From Synechococcus sp. (GTDB lineage: Bacteria > Cyanobacteriota > Cyanobacteriia > Thermostichales > PCC-7336): 22,064 nucleotides of DNA. Below, in pieces: positions 1 to 9,834 of the stretch. Numbering within the stretch: the first letter of the stretch is position 1; each line of letters begins with the position of its first letter. The translations under genes were made by a program, and so were the position numbers. The notes below the pieces were generated by a model. It was not told where the DNA came from. It searched no databases and was given only the letters and a program-made list of their open reading frames with translations. The stretch lies in assembly GCA_051439425.1 (NCBI GenBank), contig JBFRWD010000061.1:1-22064 (forward strand), written 5' to 3'.

Positions 1-2
1 GC

Positions 3-878
3 ATCTCCAAGGCGGGAGTAACTGTGGAGCAAATCAACTGCGAATTTGCCACCACTGAAGAGATTAAAGGCGTACTGTAAAAGACATCTGGGTTTATCTT
101 TGTCTCTCCCACTCTGGGGGGGCACGCCCCGACTCCCGTGCAAACCGCGCTAGGCACGGCCCTATCTACTGCTAGCAAAGAGCAGTTGGTGGGAGTGTTC
201 GGTTCTTATGGGTGGAGTGGCGAAGCGGTGGACATCATCGCCAACAAATTGCGGGATTCCGGCTATCCGTTTGGCTTTGACCCTCTAGCCGTCAAGTTCA
301 CTCCAGACGCTGCTACTTTGCAAAAGTGCGAAGAACTGGGGACAGATTTCGGTCAAACGTTGAAAAAAGGCTTGAAGAAGAAAACCAAAGTGGCTGGTAA
401 ACCTGCCTCTAATGTGGAGCAGGCGGTGGGTCGTATTATTGGCAGCCTTTGTGTGGTGACGTCTAAACGAGGCGATGTGTCCAGTGCGATGCTGGCCTCT
501 TGGGTGTCGCAAGCAACGTTTAACCCCCCTGGTATTACGGTGGCAGTTGCAAAGGATCGGGCGATCGAGTCGCTGATGTATCCCGGAGACAGCTTTGTGC
601 TCAATATTCTGGCGGAGGGTCGCTACCTGCAACTGATGAAGCACTTCCTGAAGCCGTTTGGCCCTGGAGCAGATCGTTTTTCAGGGGTCGAGCATACTGA
701 AACAGAGGAAGGCATTCCTATTTTGTCTGGAAGTTTGGCTTACCTAGACTGCAAGGTTAACCAGCGGATGGAGTGCGGCGATCATTGGGTGGTGTACAGC
801 ACGATTGAAGCTGGAAATTTGCAAGATTCAGATAGGCTAGCGGCTCTGCATTACCGTCAGTCAGGAACTCATTATTAG
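3..878 (+). CDS. flv1: Flavodiiron protein Flv1 type (diflavin flavoprotein), 5'-partial: flavodoxin-like plus NAD(P)H:flavin reductase domains; in-frame TAA at 78-80
   Basis: Frame 3 reads ISKAGVTVEQINCEFATTEEIKGVL*KTSGFIFVSPTLGGHAPTPVQTALG, so homology continues upstream of the ORF-track start at 138. Flavodoxin motifs SPTLGGH and FGSYGWSGEA; flavin reductase motifs MLASWVSQATFNPPG and ECGDHW. EQAVGRIIGSLCV and AIESLMYPG resemble Flv1 rather than Flv3. Confidence 0.88.
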
Positions 879-1123
879 TGATGGAAGAGATGGAGCGGGC
901 CTGTGATGGCAGACGTCATCGAGGTACGAGAGCACTGTAACCAGCCTGAGGGCTATCGAACTTAAATGGAGATCGGAGTCTGATAATAGATATCCGATGA
1001 ATGTTTGCAAGGGTTAATGTTTCTCCTTAAAAAAACATATGTTAGTCAAGGCACACTCTATTGCCGCACCTATAGTTATTCCTAATCGTTGTCAGAATTG
1101 CTCGGTGTTGAGTAGGTGGAATT

Positions 1124-2230
1124 GTGCGCTTGTTGCTCGATCGCAATCCGGTATGGACTAATTTAGCGACCATTTGTGGTGGGGCAGTTGTTGGCACCAC
1201 CATTTTGTTGGCGTCCAATCATCCCGGAGCGACGTTAGTGGGTAGTATGGCCGGCTCTGTTGCCGGTTCGATGGCTGGTCAAGCGTATGCCTGGAGAAAG
1301 CATGACAACGGAGACGAAGACTTCGGTTATCCAACCATGCCGTCTGTGCCTGTTGCTGTTTCCCCCTCGCCTACCAAGCCGCAGCCCACAAAGCCTCTGA
1401 TTACTCAGCCCATCGAAGCAAACCATTCCGCAGTGGAGCGGGGCTTGGGAGATCGGGTTCAGTCGTCGACGTCGAATGCTGTTGACATTCCGCCCGCCCT
1501 CGATCGCTGGTTGAGCGATCGCAAGATTCGGGTGCAGCATAGCCATGCTGCTACTGATTCCGACTTGGTGTACGACCGACTAGCTCGTCGATTGGGAGAG
1601 GACTATATCGAAGAGCAGGGGGGCTACATCCTCCGAACTTTTATGAGTCGGCTGCGCTGGGCAATTACCCACGATCGTCCCGGCACCAAGTTTCAGCTCA
1701 GGGATGCCAACCAAACTCAGACGCGCGTACTGACCTCAATTGCGAGGGAACTGGGCCGCAGCAGCCTGTTTTCCAATTACTTTTACGTCAAAGATCAAAA
1801 AGTCCTTAATATTGGCTTGTCCAACCAAGTGGAAGCCCAAGAGTTTTTGCTAGGAGGCTGGTTCGAGCGATTTATCTTTCAAGAAGTAGAAGCGCTATTA
1901 ACTCAGGCAGAGTTGTCGTTTGAAGTCCTCAAAAATCCGCACGTTCAATTTCCGAATCAAGATGTGTTCGAGCTGGATTTACTATTCTCGATTGAAGGAA
2001 AGCCAGTCTTGATCGAATGTAAGACGGGCAAGAATTCTAACTACTTGAATCGGCACCTTGATAAGTTTTCCTCCCACTGCCGCAAGCTAGAGATTGAGAG
2101 CGATCGAGCCTTTTTAATCGTGCTCGATCTTGACCCCGCTCAAGAGCAGGATCTGGCCCATCTCTGGCCTTTTCAATTTGCCAGTCAAACTAGTTTCATC
2201 CCCAAGTTGGGGCTCGCTCTTGGCTTGTAA
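1124..2230 (+). CDS. Predicted membrane-anchored PD-(D/E)XK nuclease with a Card1/DUF1887-like endonuclease domain
   Basis: C-terminal motifs GGWFERF, FELDLLF and LIECKTG match a restriction-endonuclease-fold active site of the Card1/DUF1887 type. The N-terminus has two hydrophobic Gly-rich segments (ATICGGAVVGTTILLA; ATLVGSMAGSVAGSMAG), then a Pro-rich linker (PTKPQPTKP). Confidence 0.7.
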   Translation: MRLLLDRNPVWTNLATICGGAVVGTTILLASNHPGATLVGSMAGSVAGSMAGQAYAWRKHDNGDEDFGYPTMPSVPVAVSPSPTKPQPTKPLITQPIEANHSAVERGLGDRVQSSTSNAVDIPPALDRWLSDRKIRVQHSHAATDSDLVYDRLARRLGEDYIEEQGGYILRTFMSRLRWAITHDRPGTKFQLRDANQTQTRVLTSIARELGRSSLFSNYFYVKDQKVLNIGLSNQVEAQEFLLGGWFERFIFQEVEALLTQAELSFEVLKNPHVQFPNQDVFELDLLFSIEGKPVLIECKTGKNSNYLNRHLDKFSSHCRKLEIESDRAFLIVLDLDPAQEQDLAHLWPFQFASQTSFIPKLGLALGL

Positions 2231-2535
2231 TGTGTTTGCGAACGGTTGTTAGATTCTCGCGATCTGAGCATGGAATGTGTGCCTTCGCAATAGTTGCCAA
2301 TCTGGACTTGAAAGGCGTTCTTATTTTGCGATCCACTGGCGATCAAAAACCAGCCAGATTTGACCGTGATTTGACTTGATTACATCAGTAATTCATCACG
2401 TTAGATTGCAGGAATGTAAATCGTTTTTGTCTTTTTGGGATAAGTCTGGCATTCTGACATCACATTGATGTCGAGCCTTCGCGTCCGTAAGGGGTATGTG
2501 CACGGGGCAAGCGCAATCAGGCTAGGGAATTCTCG

Positions 2536-3885
2536 ATGAAGCAATCGTGGCAAGCAATTGGACTGGGCGCGATCGCCTTCATTCTTGGATTTGGGGTTAG
2601 CGGTGCCATTGAGCGGGATGTCCGTAAAGCATGTGTGTTTGGGTTGGTGGCGTTTGCCGGAACCAGTGTGGGTGTTGTTGCCACCAGCGGAAAGGTGCTC
2701 CAGACAGCGCCATCATCGACAACATCAGGTGCTGGTGCTCGCACCAATCGCGCCAATCGCGTAGTGACCTCCCCGATTTCGCAAGTCAACCGGCAGGCTG
2801 GCATGGTATCCAGCTCCGATGTGGCCGTGTTTTGGGATTACGAAAACATCAAAGCCCCGTTTCAAGGGGAGAAGGCTCCTCTTGCGGAGGCCTTGGTCGG
2901 CTATGCCTCCGGGGTGGGAGCTGTTCGAACCAAGATGATTTATTCCAATTGGCGACGGGAGCATGAGAAAACCTCCCGTTTCTTCTACAGCCTGGGATTT
3001 GAGCCCATTCATGTTGATATGGGGAAAACCAATAGCGTCGATCTAAAGCTGGCCGTAGATAGCCTGTCGATCGCGTACCAAAATCCCGATATCGAGACGT
3101 TTATTCTGGTGACGGGAGACAAAGATTTTGTGCCGCTTGTCAACGGGCTAAGAGATGCTGGAAAAACTGTTGTTTTAGTCGGCAGAGCCAGCACTACCAG
3201 TTCGCATTTGGTCTCCAGTGCTGACGAATTTGTCGATGTCTCGACATTGGTGGATGAGCCATCCGCTAATGCAGACGAGGTGACAGATACACTCTCGTTT
3301 CGCGATGCAGCCGATTGTTTGAAAGCAGCGGTTCAGGGGGCGATCGCGCAAGGGAAGAGTACTCGCTTGCCTGCCATCGATCGGCGCATGAGGGCCAATT
3401 TGCATTACACCTACAGGGGATACAAATCGATCTCGACAGAGGACCACAAGCCCTTCTCCAATTTCAGCGACTTTGTCCGAGCGGTTGAGAGAGAGGGGGG
3501 AGTTGTTTTCAAAACTGTCGATGGCTTTAAAGAGATTGGCTTGACAGAAGACGTCCCTAATTTGCTGCCCTCCGAACCGGATCAACAAACCACTGCAGAT
3601 TTGACCGAGCACGATTGGAGATTGATCGTCGAACGAATTCAGGCGGCATTTACCGATGTGGAACCTGGACCAACCTACGGGCGTTATCTAATTTTGTTGG
3701 CGTTTATTCGTGTGGCGAAAAAAGACGGGCGACTGCCCTACACTAATCGGGTGCTAGAGGATGCCTTGCAGGCCATTGTGGATGGTGGGCTGTTGGTGGT
3801 GCAGCCCGATGACAGCTATCGCTTGGCAGACAATATAGACGAGCAACTGAGTACATTTCTGCAAGTTCGATTATCCGGCACGTAG
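2536..3885 (+). CDS. NYN (LabA/DUF88, PIN-like) domain protein with two N-terminal TM helices and probable OST-HTH/LOTUS-like C-terminal domains
   Basis: VAVFWDYENI, KTNSVDLKLAVD and FILVTGDKDFVPLV carry the acidic NYN catalytic set; GKTVVLVG..LVSSADEFVDV closes the domain. FSNFSDFVRAVE resembles OST-HTH. Hydrophobic helices at about aa 5-25 and 32-50. Confidence 0.85.
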   Translation: MKQSWQAIGLGAIAFILGFGVSGAIERDVRKACVFGLVAFAGTSVGVVATSGKVLQTAPSSTTSGAGARTNRANRVVTSPISQVNRQAGMVSSSDVAVFWDYENIKAPFQGEKAPLAEALVGYASGVGAVRTKMIYSNWRREHEKTSRFFYSLGFEPIHVDMGKTNSVDLKLAVDSLSIAYQNPDIETFILVTGDKDFVPLVNGLRDAGKTVVLVGRASTTSSHLVSSADEFVDVSTLVDEPSANADEVTDTLSFRDAADCLKAAVQGAIAQGKSTRLPAIDRRMRANLHYTYRGYKSISTEDHKPFSNFSDFVRAVEREGGVVFKTVDGFKEIGLTEDVPNLLPSEPDQQTTADLTEHDWRLIVERIQAAFTDVEPGPTYGRYLILLAFIRVAKKDGRLPYTNRVLEDALQAIVDGGLLVVQPDDSYRLADNIDEQLSTFLQVRLSGT

Positions 3886-3902
3886 CAACTGGCAATCCGC
3901 TA

Positions 3903-3927
3903 TGAAGAGTTTCCTAAGTACTCTTCA
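3903..3927. other. Stem-loop 3' of the NYN gene (possible weak terminator or mRNA-stabilising hairpin)
   Basis: TGAAGAGT-N9-ACTCTTCA begins 18 nt after the stop codon; no U-tract. Confidence 0.35.
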
Positions 3928-4065
3928 CTGCCGATAAAGGATTCTAGCTGTCTCAACGCTCCAGATCTTAGAGCGGATGGCTATCTACCGCCCGAAATTC
4001 CGGCCAACTCGTAAAGATTCCCGATCGCCTGCAGTCGTCGCCTAAATCCCTTAGCTACGGTAGAA

Positions 4066-5559
4066 ATGATGCCCCGAAGCGAGGGATTGGCGATGCAGGT
4101 ATTGAGGCAAGCGCAGGATTATCAGGTGCGAGAGCAATTGTTGTGGGTTGGAGGTGCGTGGCGAGCGGGCAGCGAGGTTCGGGAGGTCTCCAATCCGTTT
4201 GACGGGAGCACTGTCAGTCGCGTGCATTTTGGTGATTCTGGCATCTTGGACGAAGCGATCGCCTCCGCTCACTCCACATTTATGGCATCCTGGCGCGACA
4301 CGCCGGCCCACGCACGGGCTGCGATTCTGACTCGAACTGCTCAACTAATTGCCGAACGAAAAGAACAACTGGCACGAGCGATCGCCGAAGAAGTTGGTAA
4401 GCCGATATCGATCGCTCGCGGAGAAGCTAGCCGAGCGGTTAAAACGTTTCAGGATGCTGCCCACGTGTGCTTGGAACTGCGAGGGGAGCAGATCCCGATG
4501 GATGTGGTGCCGAACGGAGTGGGAAAATTTGCCGTCACCATGCACCAGCCGTTAGGTGTCGTCGGCGCGATTACTCCGTTTAACTTCCCCCTTAATTTAG
4601 TGGCTCACAAGGTGGCTCCGGCATTGGCTGCTGGCAATACGGTCGTGTTGAAGCCCCCCAGTGACGGACCATCTCCGGCGTTGATGCTGGCCGATATCTT
4701 AGCTGAAGCCGGCTTACCCGCAGGGTGTTTGAACGTGGTGCCGTGTGGTGGAAAAATTGCCGAGAAATTAGCCACTGATGCCCGCATTCAAGTATTGACG
4801 TTTACGGGCAGCGCAGATGTGGGCTGGCATTTGCGATCGCTGGCCCGCGAGAAAAAAGTCATGCTGGAGTTGGGTTCCATGAGTCCTGCGATCGTGCATC
4901 GCGATGCCGATCTGAAGGTGGCGGTCGAAAAATGCGTGTTTGGAGGCTTCGCCTTCGCCGGTCAGGTGTGCATTCACACGCAACGGGTACTGGTTCACGA
5001 GTCCGTTTACGACGAGTTCAAGCAGCGGTTTGTGGCTGCAGTCACAGCCTTGAACGTCGGCGACCCGCTGGATGACGACACGGTTGTGGGGCCGTTGGTG
5101 CGTTCGCGAGAGATCGATCGCGTGCATCAGTGGGTTACGGAAGCTGCCAATGCGGGGGCCACGGTGCTGGCTGGCGGTAGTATCCACAGCGAATTTTCGA
5201 GCTGCTATCTGCCGACTGTTATTGAAAATCTGCCGGCAGATACCACTCTGGCCTGTAGCGAAGTGTTCGGCCCCGTTGTCGTGTTGCAACCCTACTCGAC
5301 CTTTGACGAGGCGATCTCGATTGCCAACGACACTCCGTACACGGGCCTGAATGCCGGAGTATTCACCAATGATTATCGCTTGGCCCTCAAGGCCGGACGA
5401 GAACTCACTGCCGGGAGCGTGTTGATCAATAACAGTCCCACCTGGCGCGTCGATCACATGCCGTATGGCGGCCGCGGAAAATCGGGATCGGGTCGGGAGG
5501 GACCGCGCTATGCCGTGGAGGAAATGACTGAGGTCAAGCTGGTGGTGTTTGAGCTGTAA
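4066..5559 (+). CDS. Aldehyde dehydrogenase family protein (y4uC-like); start may be ATG 4093
   Basis: ITPFNFPLNL, GNTVVLKP, FTGS, MLELGS (general-base Glu), AGQVCI (catalytic Cys), EVFGPV, MPYGG..SGSGREG. GAGGG precedes ATG 4093. Confidence 0.95.
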   Translation: MMPRSEGLAMQVLRQAQDYQVREQLLWVGGAWRAGSEVREVSNPFDGSTVSRVHFGDSGILDEAIASAHSTFMASWRDTPAHARAAILTRTAQLIAERKEQLARAIAEEVGKPISIARGEASRAVKTFQDAAHVCLELRGEQIPMDVVPNGVGKFAVTMHQPLGVVGAITPFNFPLNLVAHKVAPALAAGNTVVLKPPSDGPSPALMLADILAEAGLPAGCLNVVPCGGKIAEKLATDARIQVLTFTGSADVGWHLRSLAREKKVMLELGSMSPAIVHRDADLKVAVEKCVFGGFAFAGQVCIHTQRVLVHESVYDEFKQRFVAAVTALNVGDPLDDDTVVGPLVRSREIDRVHQWVTEAANAGATVLAGGSIHSEFSSCYLPTVIENLPADTTLACSEVFGPVVVLQPYSTFDEAISIANDTPYTGLNAGVFTNDYRLALKAGRELTAGSVLINNSPTWRVDHMPYGGRGKSGSGREGPRYAVEEMTEVKLVVFEL

Positions 5560-5655
5560 TGCGGCTACAACCATTAGTGTGGCATTCCCAACTCGCGTGA
5601 TGCGATCGTGGTCTCCACCTGGTGATGTTGTCCCGGAGATCGCTGTCAACGCTGT

Positions 5656-6867
5656 ATGACCCTCGCCCGTTCCATTCGAAGCATGACCTGGAAAGTCTGC
5701 TGTGTGGCCTTTCTGTGCGGTAGCCTGGCAGCGGCAATCGCCGTTTGGTCTGCGGCCAAAGTTTGCTTCGTTCCTCAAGAGGGAGATAGCCGTTTTTTTG
5801 GCAGTACTCTGGCTGCTAGTGATGATTATCTGGCGGTTGGAGACAGTGCGGCCAATCAAGTAACGCTGTTTCGTCGTACCCCCAATGGTCGTTGGTTCCG
5901 CTGGCAGACGGTCTCTCCTCCGGCAGGGTCAGATGCCGCCCGAGCAGGTTCCGGATTTGGGTCGGCGATCGCGCTGGATGGAACGACGTTAGCGATCGGG
6001 GCAAGGAGTCTCTCGGCTCTCAGCTCGTCAGATCGTCTCAATCTATCCGACGATCTCGACCCATCTGGGTCGAGTGGTCGTTTGAACCGGAGCGATTTCG
6101 CTAGCGCTGACGAAGGTGATGGCTACACAGGGTCGGTATTTGCCACGTCGATTGCCGAAGACTCGCTGGCCCCACTGCAAGAAATCTCGATTCCCGATCG
6201 CAACAGAGTTGGTCATGCGGTATCGGTTTCGGGCGATCGGGTGGCCATTCGCAGTTCGTTCACAGACGGTTTGGGGCGGCAGCGGCGTCGGGTTTTGATT
6301 GCCGATCTCATCACTCTTGAAACCACCGACATTATTGAGGCCCCTACCCTGCAGGCGGGAAGTTCGTTTGGAACTGCGGTCGATCTCAATGATTTTACGC
6401 TGGTCATCGGTGCCCCTTACGATCCGCCGGAAGGAGCCGCTTGGATTTATCCGTTAGAGGGAAGACTCGAACCCTATCGACTTCCTGGTAAAGCGGGCAG
6501 CTTGGCTTTTGCCGGTGGATCGGTGGCCCAAGGGGATGGCTTTTTCGCGATTTCCTCTGCGACTAGCTGGGGGCGATCGTATACGTCAATATTGTCGGGC
6601 GATCGCGTTCCCATTCTGCTGAATATGGGGGGGCGATTATCGAGTAATGGTCGATCCCTCAGTATTGCTCAAGTGTCGGTCTCGAATGGGGAGCGGTCGG
6701 GGCTAGTCAGGGTATACGACATCTTGCGGCATGGCGCGCCTAGGTTGGTGAAGGAGATTCCTGATGGCGAGCAAGCCGCATTGGGGACGAATTTCGTTGC
6801 TGTGCTCAAGGTGATTCGGACACGATCGCAAGAATCGCGAAGGGAGGTCTGCATTCTTCCGTTGTAG
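5656..6867 (+). CDS. Membrane-anchored or exported FG-GAP-like beta-propeller protein
   Basis: N-terminal hydrophobic helix (VCCVAFLCGSLAAAIAVW). Repeats FGSTLAASDDYLAVGD, FGSAIALDGTTLAIGA, VGHAVSVSGDRVAI and FGTAVDLNDFTLVIGAP. Confidence 0.75.
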   Translation: MTLARSIRSMTWKVCCVAFLCGSLAAAIAVWSAAKVCFVPQEGDSRFFGSTLAASDDYLAVGDSAANQVTLFRRTPNGRWFRWQTVSPPAGSDAARAGSGFGSAIALDGTTLAIGARSLSALSSSDRLNLSDDLDPSGSSGRLNRSDFASADEGDGYTGSVFATSIAEDSLAPLQEISIPDRNRVGHAVSVSGDRVAIRSSFTDGLGRQRRRVLIADLITLETTDIIEAPTLQAGSSFGTAVDLNDFTLVIGAPYDPPEGAAWIYPLEGRLEPYRLPGKAGSLAFAGGSVAQGDGFFAISSATSWGRSYTSILSGDRVPILLNMGGRLSSNGRSLSIAQVSVSNGERSGLVRVYDILRHGAPRLVKEIPDGEQAALGTNFVAVLKVIRTRSQESRREVCILPL

Positions 6868-6924
6868 GGCAGGGCCATTGGGGCAGACGGCCGGGGCACA
6901 GTTTAGATTCTTGGCAATAGCTCT

Positions 6925-9396
6925 CTATCCTAATAAAGGAAGGGTTGAATTACCGGTTTCGAGCATCATTTGCGCATCTTCTGCCGCGACTGGACGTGAG
7001 AAATAATATCCTTGACCGAAGTCGCATCCCGCTGCCAATAGGGCTTGCATTTGGCAAGGACTTTCAATGCCCTCTGCAACAACTTTCATCCTCAGTTTGT
7101 GCGCCAGATCGATTACAGCTTGAACAATGGGGCTACTATTACTTGCCAAATTTTGAATAAACGAGCGATCGAGTTTGAGGACACTGACAGGGAATGCTTG
7201 TAAATAGCTGAGAGATGAATAACCCGTTCCAAAGTCATCCAAACATAGAGGAATATTCAATTGTCTTAGGCGATCGAATTGATCGTGTAAATATGATTCG
7301 ACTTCAATCAGAATGCTCTCTGTGATCTCGATTCGCAAGGCACTGGAGTCGAGGTTGAATCGGTCGAGATTAGCTTCGATCGTTTGCCATAGATTGGTCA
7401 TTAGGAATTGTTTCCCAGAAACATTCACATTGACCTTGAGCGTGTTGGAGGTTGGATAGTGTTGCTTCCAAATAGACAGTTGCTGACACACGCGCTCGAC
7501 AACCCAGTCCCCTAATGGGACGATTAAGCCCGTTGATTCTGCAAGGGGGATGAATTCCATCGGAGAAATGCTTCCAAGTTCATAATGGTGCCAGCGAAGC
7601 AATGCTTCAAACCCTTCAATCGTGCCCGATTTCAAGTCGACAATAGGCTGGTAAACCAGAGAAAACTGTGTCTCCTTCTTCTGTTCATTTAATTCTTCCA
7701 CCGCACGTCTAAATTCTAATTCCAGAGTTAGTTGATACTGAGCTAAAAGCTGCATTTCTGAATCAAAGACCACATACCCAGCATTTTTTTTGTGTTTTGC
7801 TTGGTACATAGAAATATCGGCATCCCGCAAGATATCTTCGGCACTATCGTATTGCCCCGATACTTGCACGATACCAACGCTGACCGATGTGTAGAACTCT
7901 CGATTGTCTATACTGAAAGGAGCGCTCACCGCAGAAATAATTCGTTTGGCAACCTTAACACTACATTCAACGGTTTCTGCCTCTTTGATAATAATTGCAA
8001 ACTCGTCCCCGCCAATTCGTGCCAGGGTATCTTGCTTCCTCAAACAGCCTTGAATTCGTTGGGCAACAATCTGCAAGAGGCGGTCTCCCGCATTATGGCC
8101 TAGGCTGTCATTGATCAGTTTGAAGCCGTTGAGATCCAGAAATAGGACTGAAAATTCTGCGAGACTCGTATTCTCCTGGCTATTTTTCTGCTGGCACTGA
8201 CTGTCAATGGTGCTCTGGAGGTGCGACAAAAATTGGCTACGGCTCACCAACCCCGTCAAATCATCATGATTTGCCAGATAAGACAGCTGCTCGTTGGTTC
8301 GGTGACCCTGTACCGCAATACTGGCTAGATGCGAGGCTGATTCAAGAATATTGAGATGGAACGGGGTAGGACGACAGGGATGAGAATGGGAAAGCGCAAA
8401 TGTTCCTAGGACCTCTCCTTTTGTGGATTTAAACGGAATTGACCAACAGGCATTGATATTGTGAAAAAGGGCCAGATCTCGGAATTTTTCCCACAAGGGA
8501 TCGGTGGCAATATCTTCAACAAAAACTGATTTCCCGGTATAAGCTGCCGTACCGCAAGACCCCACTCGTTCTCCAATCACCAACCCTTCGAAAGCATCTG
8601 CATAGGCACGAGGCAAACTGGGAGCCACTCCTGCATGTAATTGTCCTTTTTCCCGATCCAACAGCAATATCGAACAGAAGGCCCCCGTGGTCTGAGCCTC
8701 AATGAGTTGGCAAAGCTGCATGAGTATGCTGGTTAGCTGCTGACCTGTGGCAACCGCTTGCAATATTTGAGCCTGGGTTCTGAGTAGGAATTCTGAGCGA
8801 TGGCGCTCGATCGCATTCGACAGGATTTTTGCAACAGCACGCACCAGCATAAGAATGTCTTGGCTTAAAGACGACAGTTCTGCTGCTCTAACGACGATTA
8901 AGCCCAGGGGGGTGGACTGGCCAGGAATAACCACACCAACAACAGAGTTGCCGAGTTCGGCATCTGGGGTTGCAGCCGAACAAGACCGCGGATCGAGGTA
9001 GTATTCTTGCCACGAGGGGGAAATAATGTTGATGTCGATTTTTCGTTCGAAGCTTTGCCTAGCCCCGCTTATTGTGGCTGTATCGCTGAATGCGCTCGCC
9101 GACACATTTGAAGCCATGCTGAAGGCATGACCATCAGAGCGCAATTCCCAAATACTGCAGTCTTCAATCTCCGAGAAGACCATCAATAGTTTGCGGGAAA
9201 AACGATAGAGTTCATCGATGGGCAATCCCGACAAAGATGCTTGCCCTAACTTCCACAGTGATGATTGGCACCCCAGTCGGTTCCAATCATCTAAATAATC
9301 ATTGTCAAAGGGGAACTCTTCCGCTTGAATCAAGCTACTGTTTGATTCGAAATTGTTCTCTCTCTCCTGTGGAAAAGGCTTAGAACGCATAACCAA
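6925..9396 (-). CDS. GAF-GAF-GGDEF-EAL diguanylate cyclase/phosphodiesterase; start may be ATG 9390
   Basis: GAF: GSCGTAAYTG..EDIATDPLW..ACWSIP. GGDEF: HDDLTGL, DLNGFKLINDSLGHNAGD, RKQD I-site, ARIGGDEF. EAL: YQPIV, FEALLRW, EITE, DDFGTGYSSLSYL, KLDRSF, VAEGIE, QGY. Confidence 0.95.
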   Translation of the reverse strand: MVMRSKPFPQERENNFESNSSLIQAEEFPFDNDYLDDWNRLGCQSSLWKLGQASLSGLPIDELYRFSRKLLMVFSEIEDCSIWELRSDGHAFSMASNVSASAFSDTATISGARQSFERKIDINIISPSWQEYYLDPRSCSAATPDAELGNSVVGVVIPGQSTPLGLIVVRAAELSSLSQDILMLVRAVAKILSNAIERHRSEFLLRTQAQILQAVATGQQLTSILMQLCQLIEAQTTGAFCSILLLDREKGQLHAGVAPSLPRAYADAFEGLVIGERVGSCGTAAYTGKSVFVEDIATDPLWEKFRDLALFHNINACWSIPFKSTKGEVLGTFALSHSHPCRPTPFHLNILESASHLASIAVQGHRTNEQLSYLANHDDLTGLVSRSQFLSHLQSTIDSQCQQKNSQENTSLAEFSVLFLDLNGFKLINDSLGHNAGDRLLQIVAQRIQGCLRKQDTLARIGGDEFAIIIKEAETVECSVKVAKRIISAVSAPFSIDNREFYTSVSVGIVQVSGQYDSAEDILRDADISMYQAKHKKNAGYVVFDSEMQLLAQYQLTLELEFRRAVEELNEQKKETQFSLVYQPIVDLKSGTIEGFEALLRWHHYELGSISPMEFIPLAESTGLIVPLGDWVVERVCQQLSIWKQHYPTSNTLKVNVNVSGKQFLMTNLWQTIEANLDRFNLDSSALRIEITESILIEVESYLHDQFDRLRQLNIPLCLDDFGTGYSSLSYLQAFPVSVLKLDRSFIQNLASNSSPIVQAVIDLAHKLRMKVVAEGIESPCQMQALLAAGCDFGQGYYFSRPVAAEDAQMMLETGNSTLPLLG

Positions 9397-9408
9397 CTTG
9401 GGCAGACC

Positions 9409-9422
9409 GTATGTAATTATAC
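9409..9422. promoter_or_regulatory. Candidate NtcA box (GTA-N8-TAC)
   Basis: GTA TGTAATTA TAC, within the perfect inverted repeat ACCGTAT-N6-ATACGGT (9406-9425), just upstream of the GGDEF-EAL start. Confidence 0.35.
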
Positions 9423-9834
9423 GGTTTTTTGGCTGCTGCTGTCAGCTGTCGAACAGGTAATTAGATGTGGGGTAAGGCATCCTCGCTTTCGGAGGGAAGC
9501 TAAAATTGTGCTGAAAGCCAGGATGGCTCGGATACGTTCGTGGCAATCATCAAGCCGTTGTCAGCAGTCTGACGGCGATACTGCCCATCAGGGTTGCCTT
9601 GGGGATGTGGCAGATCGCAGAAAACTGCTCGATCTGAATAGTCAGTGCAGACTACCTTTACTCGTCAGTCGGATCGATAAGACATAACTTATGCATCCTG
9701 AGTAATGTATAGATTTCGAGCATTTGAGCGGATGCCCAAACGATAAGTAATGTCAGTATTTTAACGGCTACTTATCTATCAATTCGCTCCTAATTGGTTT
9801 GCCAAAACGATATATCTTTATCGAAAAAGACATT

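Noticed and set aside
2536..3885. Calling the NYN gene labA
   Set aside because: LabA is a small single-domain protein; this one has TM helices and extra domains, so orthology is not supported.
4861..4890. ELGS instead of ELGG in the aldehyde dehydrogenase
   Set aside because: A common variant; the catalytic Glu and Cys are intact.
4768..5859. 363-aa - strand ORF
   Set aside because: Antisense shadow of the clearly real aldehyde dehydrogenase and the start of the FG-GAP gene; no recognisable motifs.
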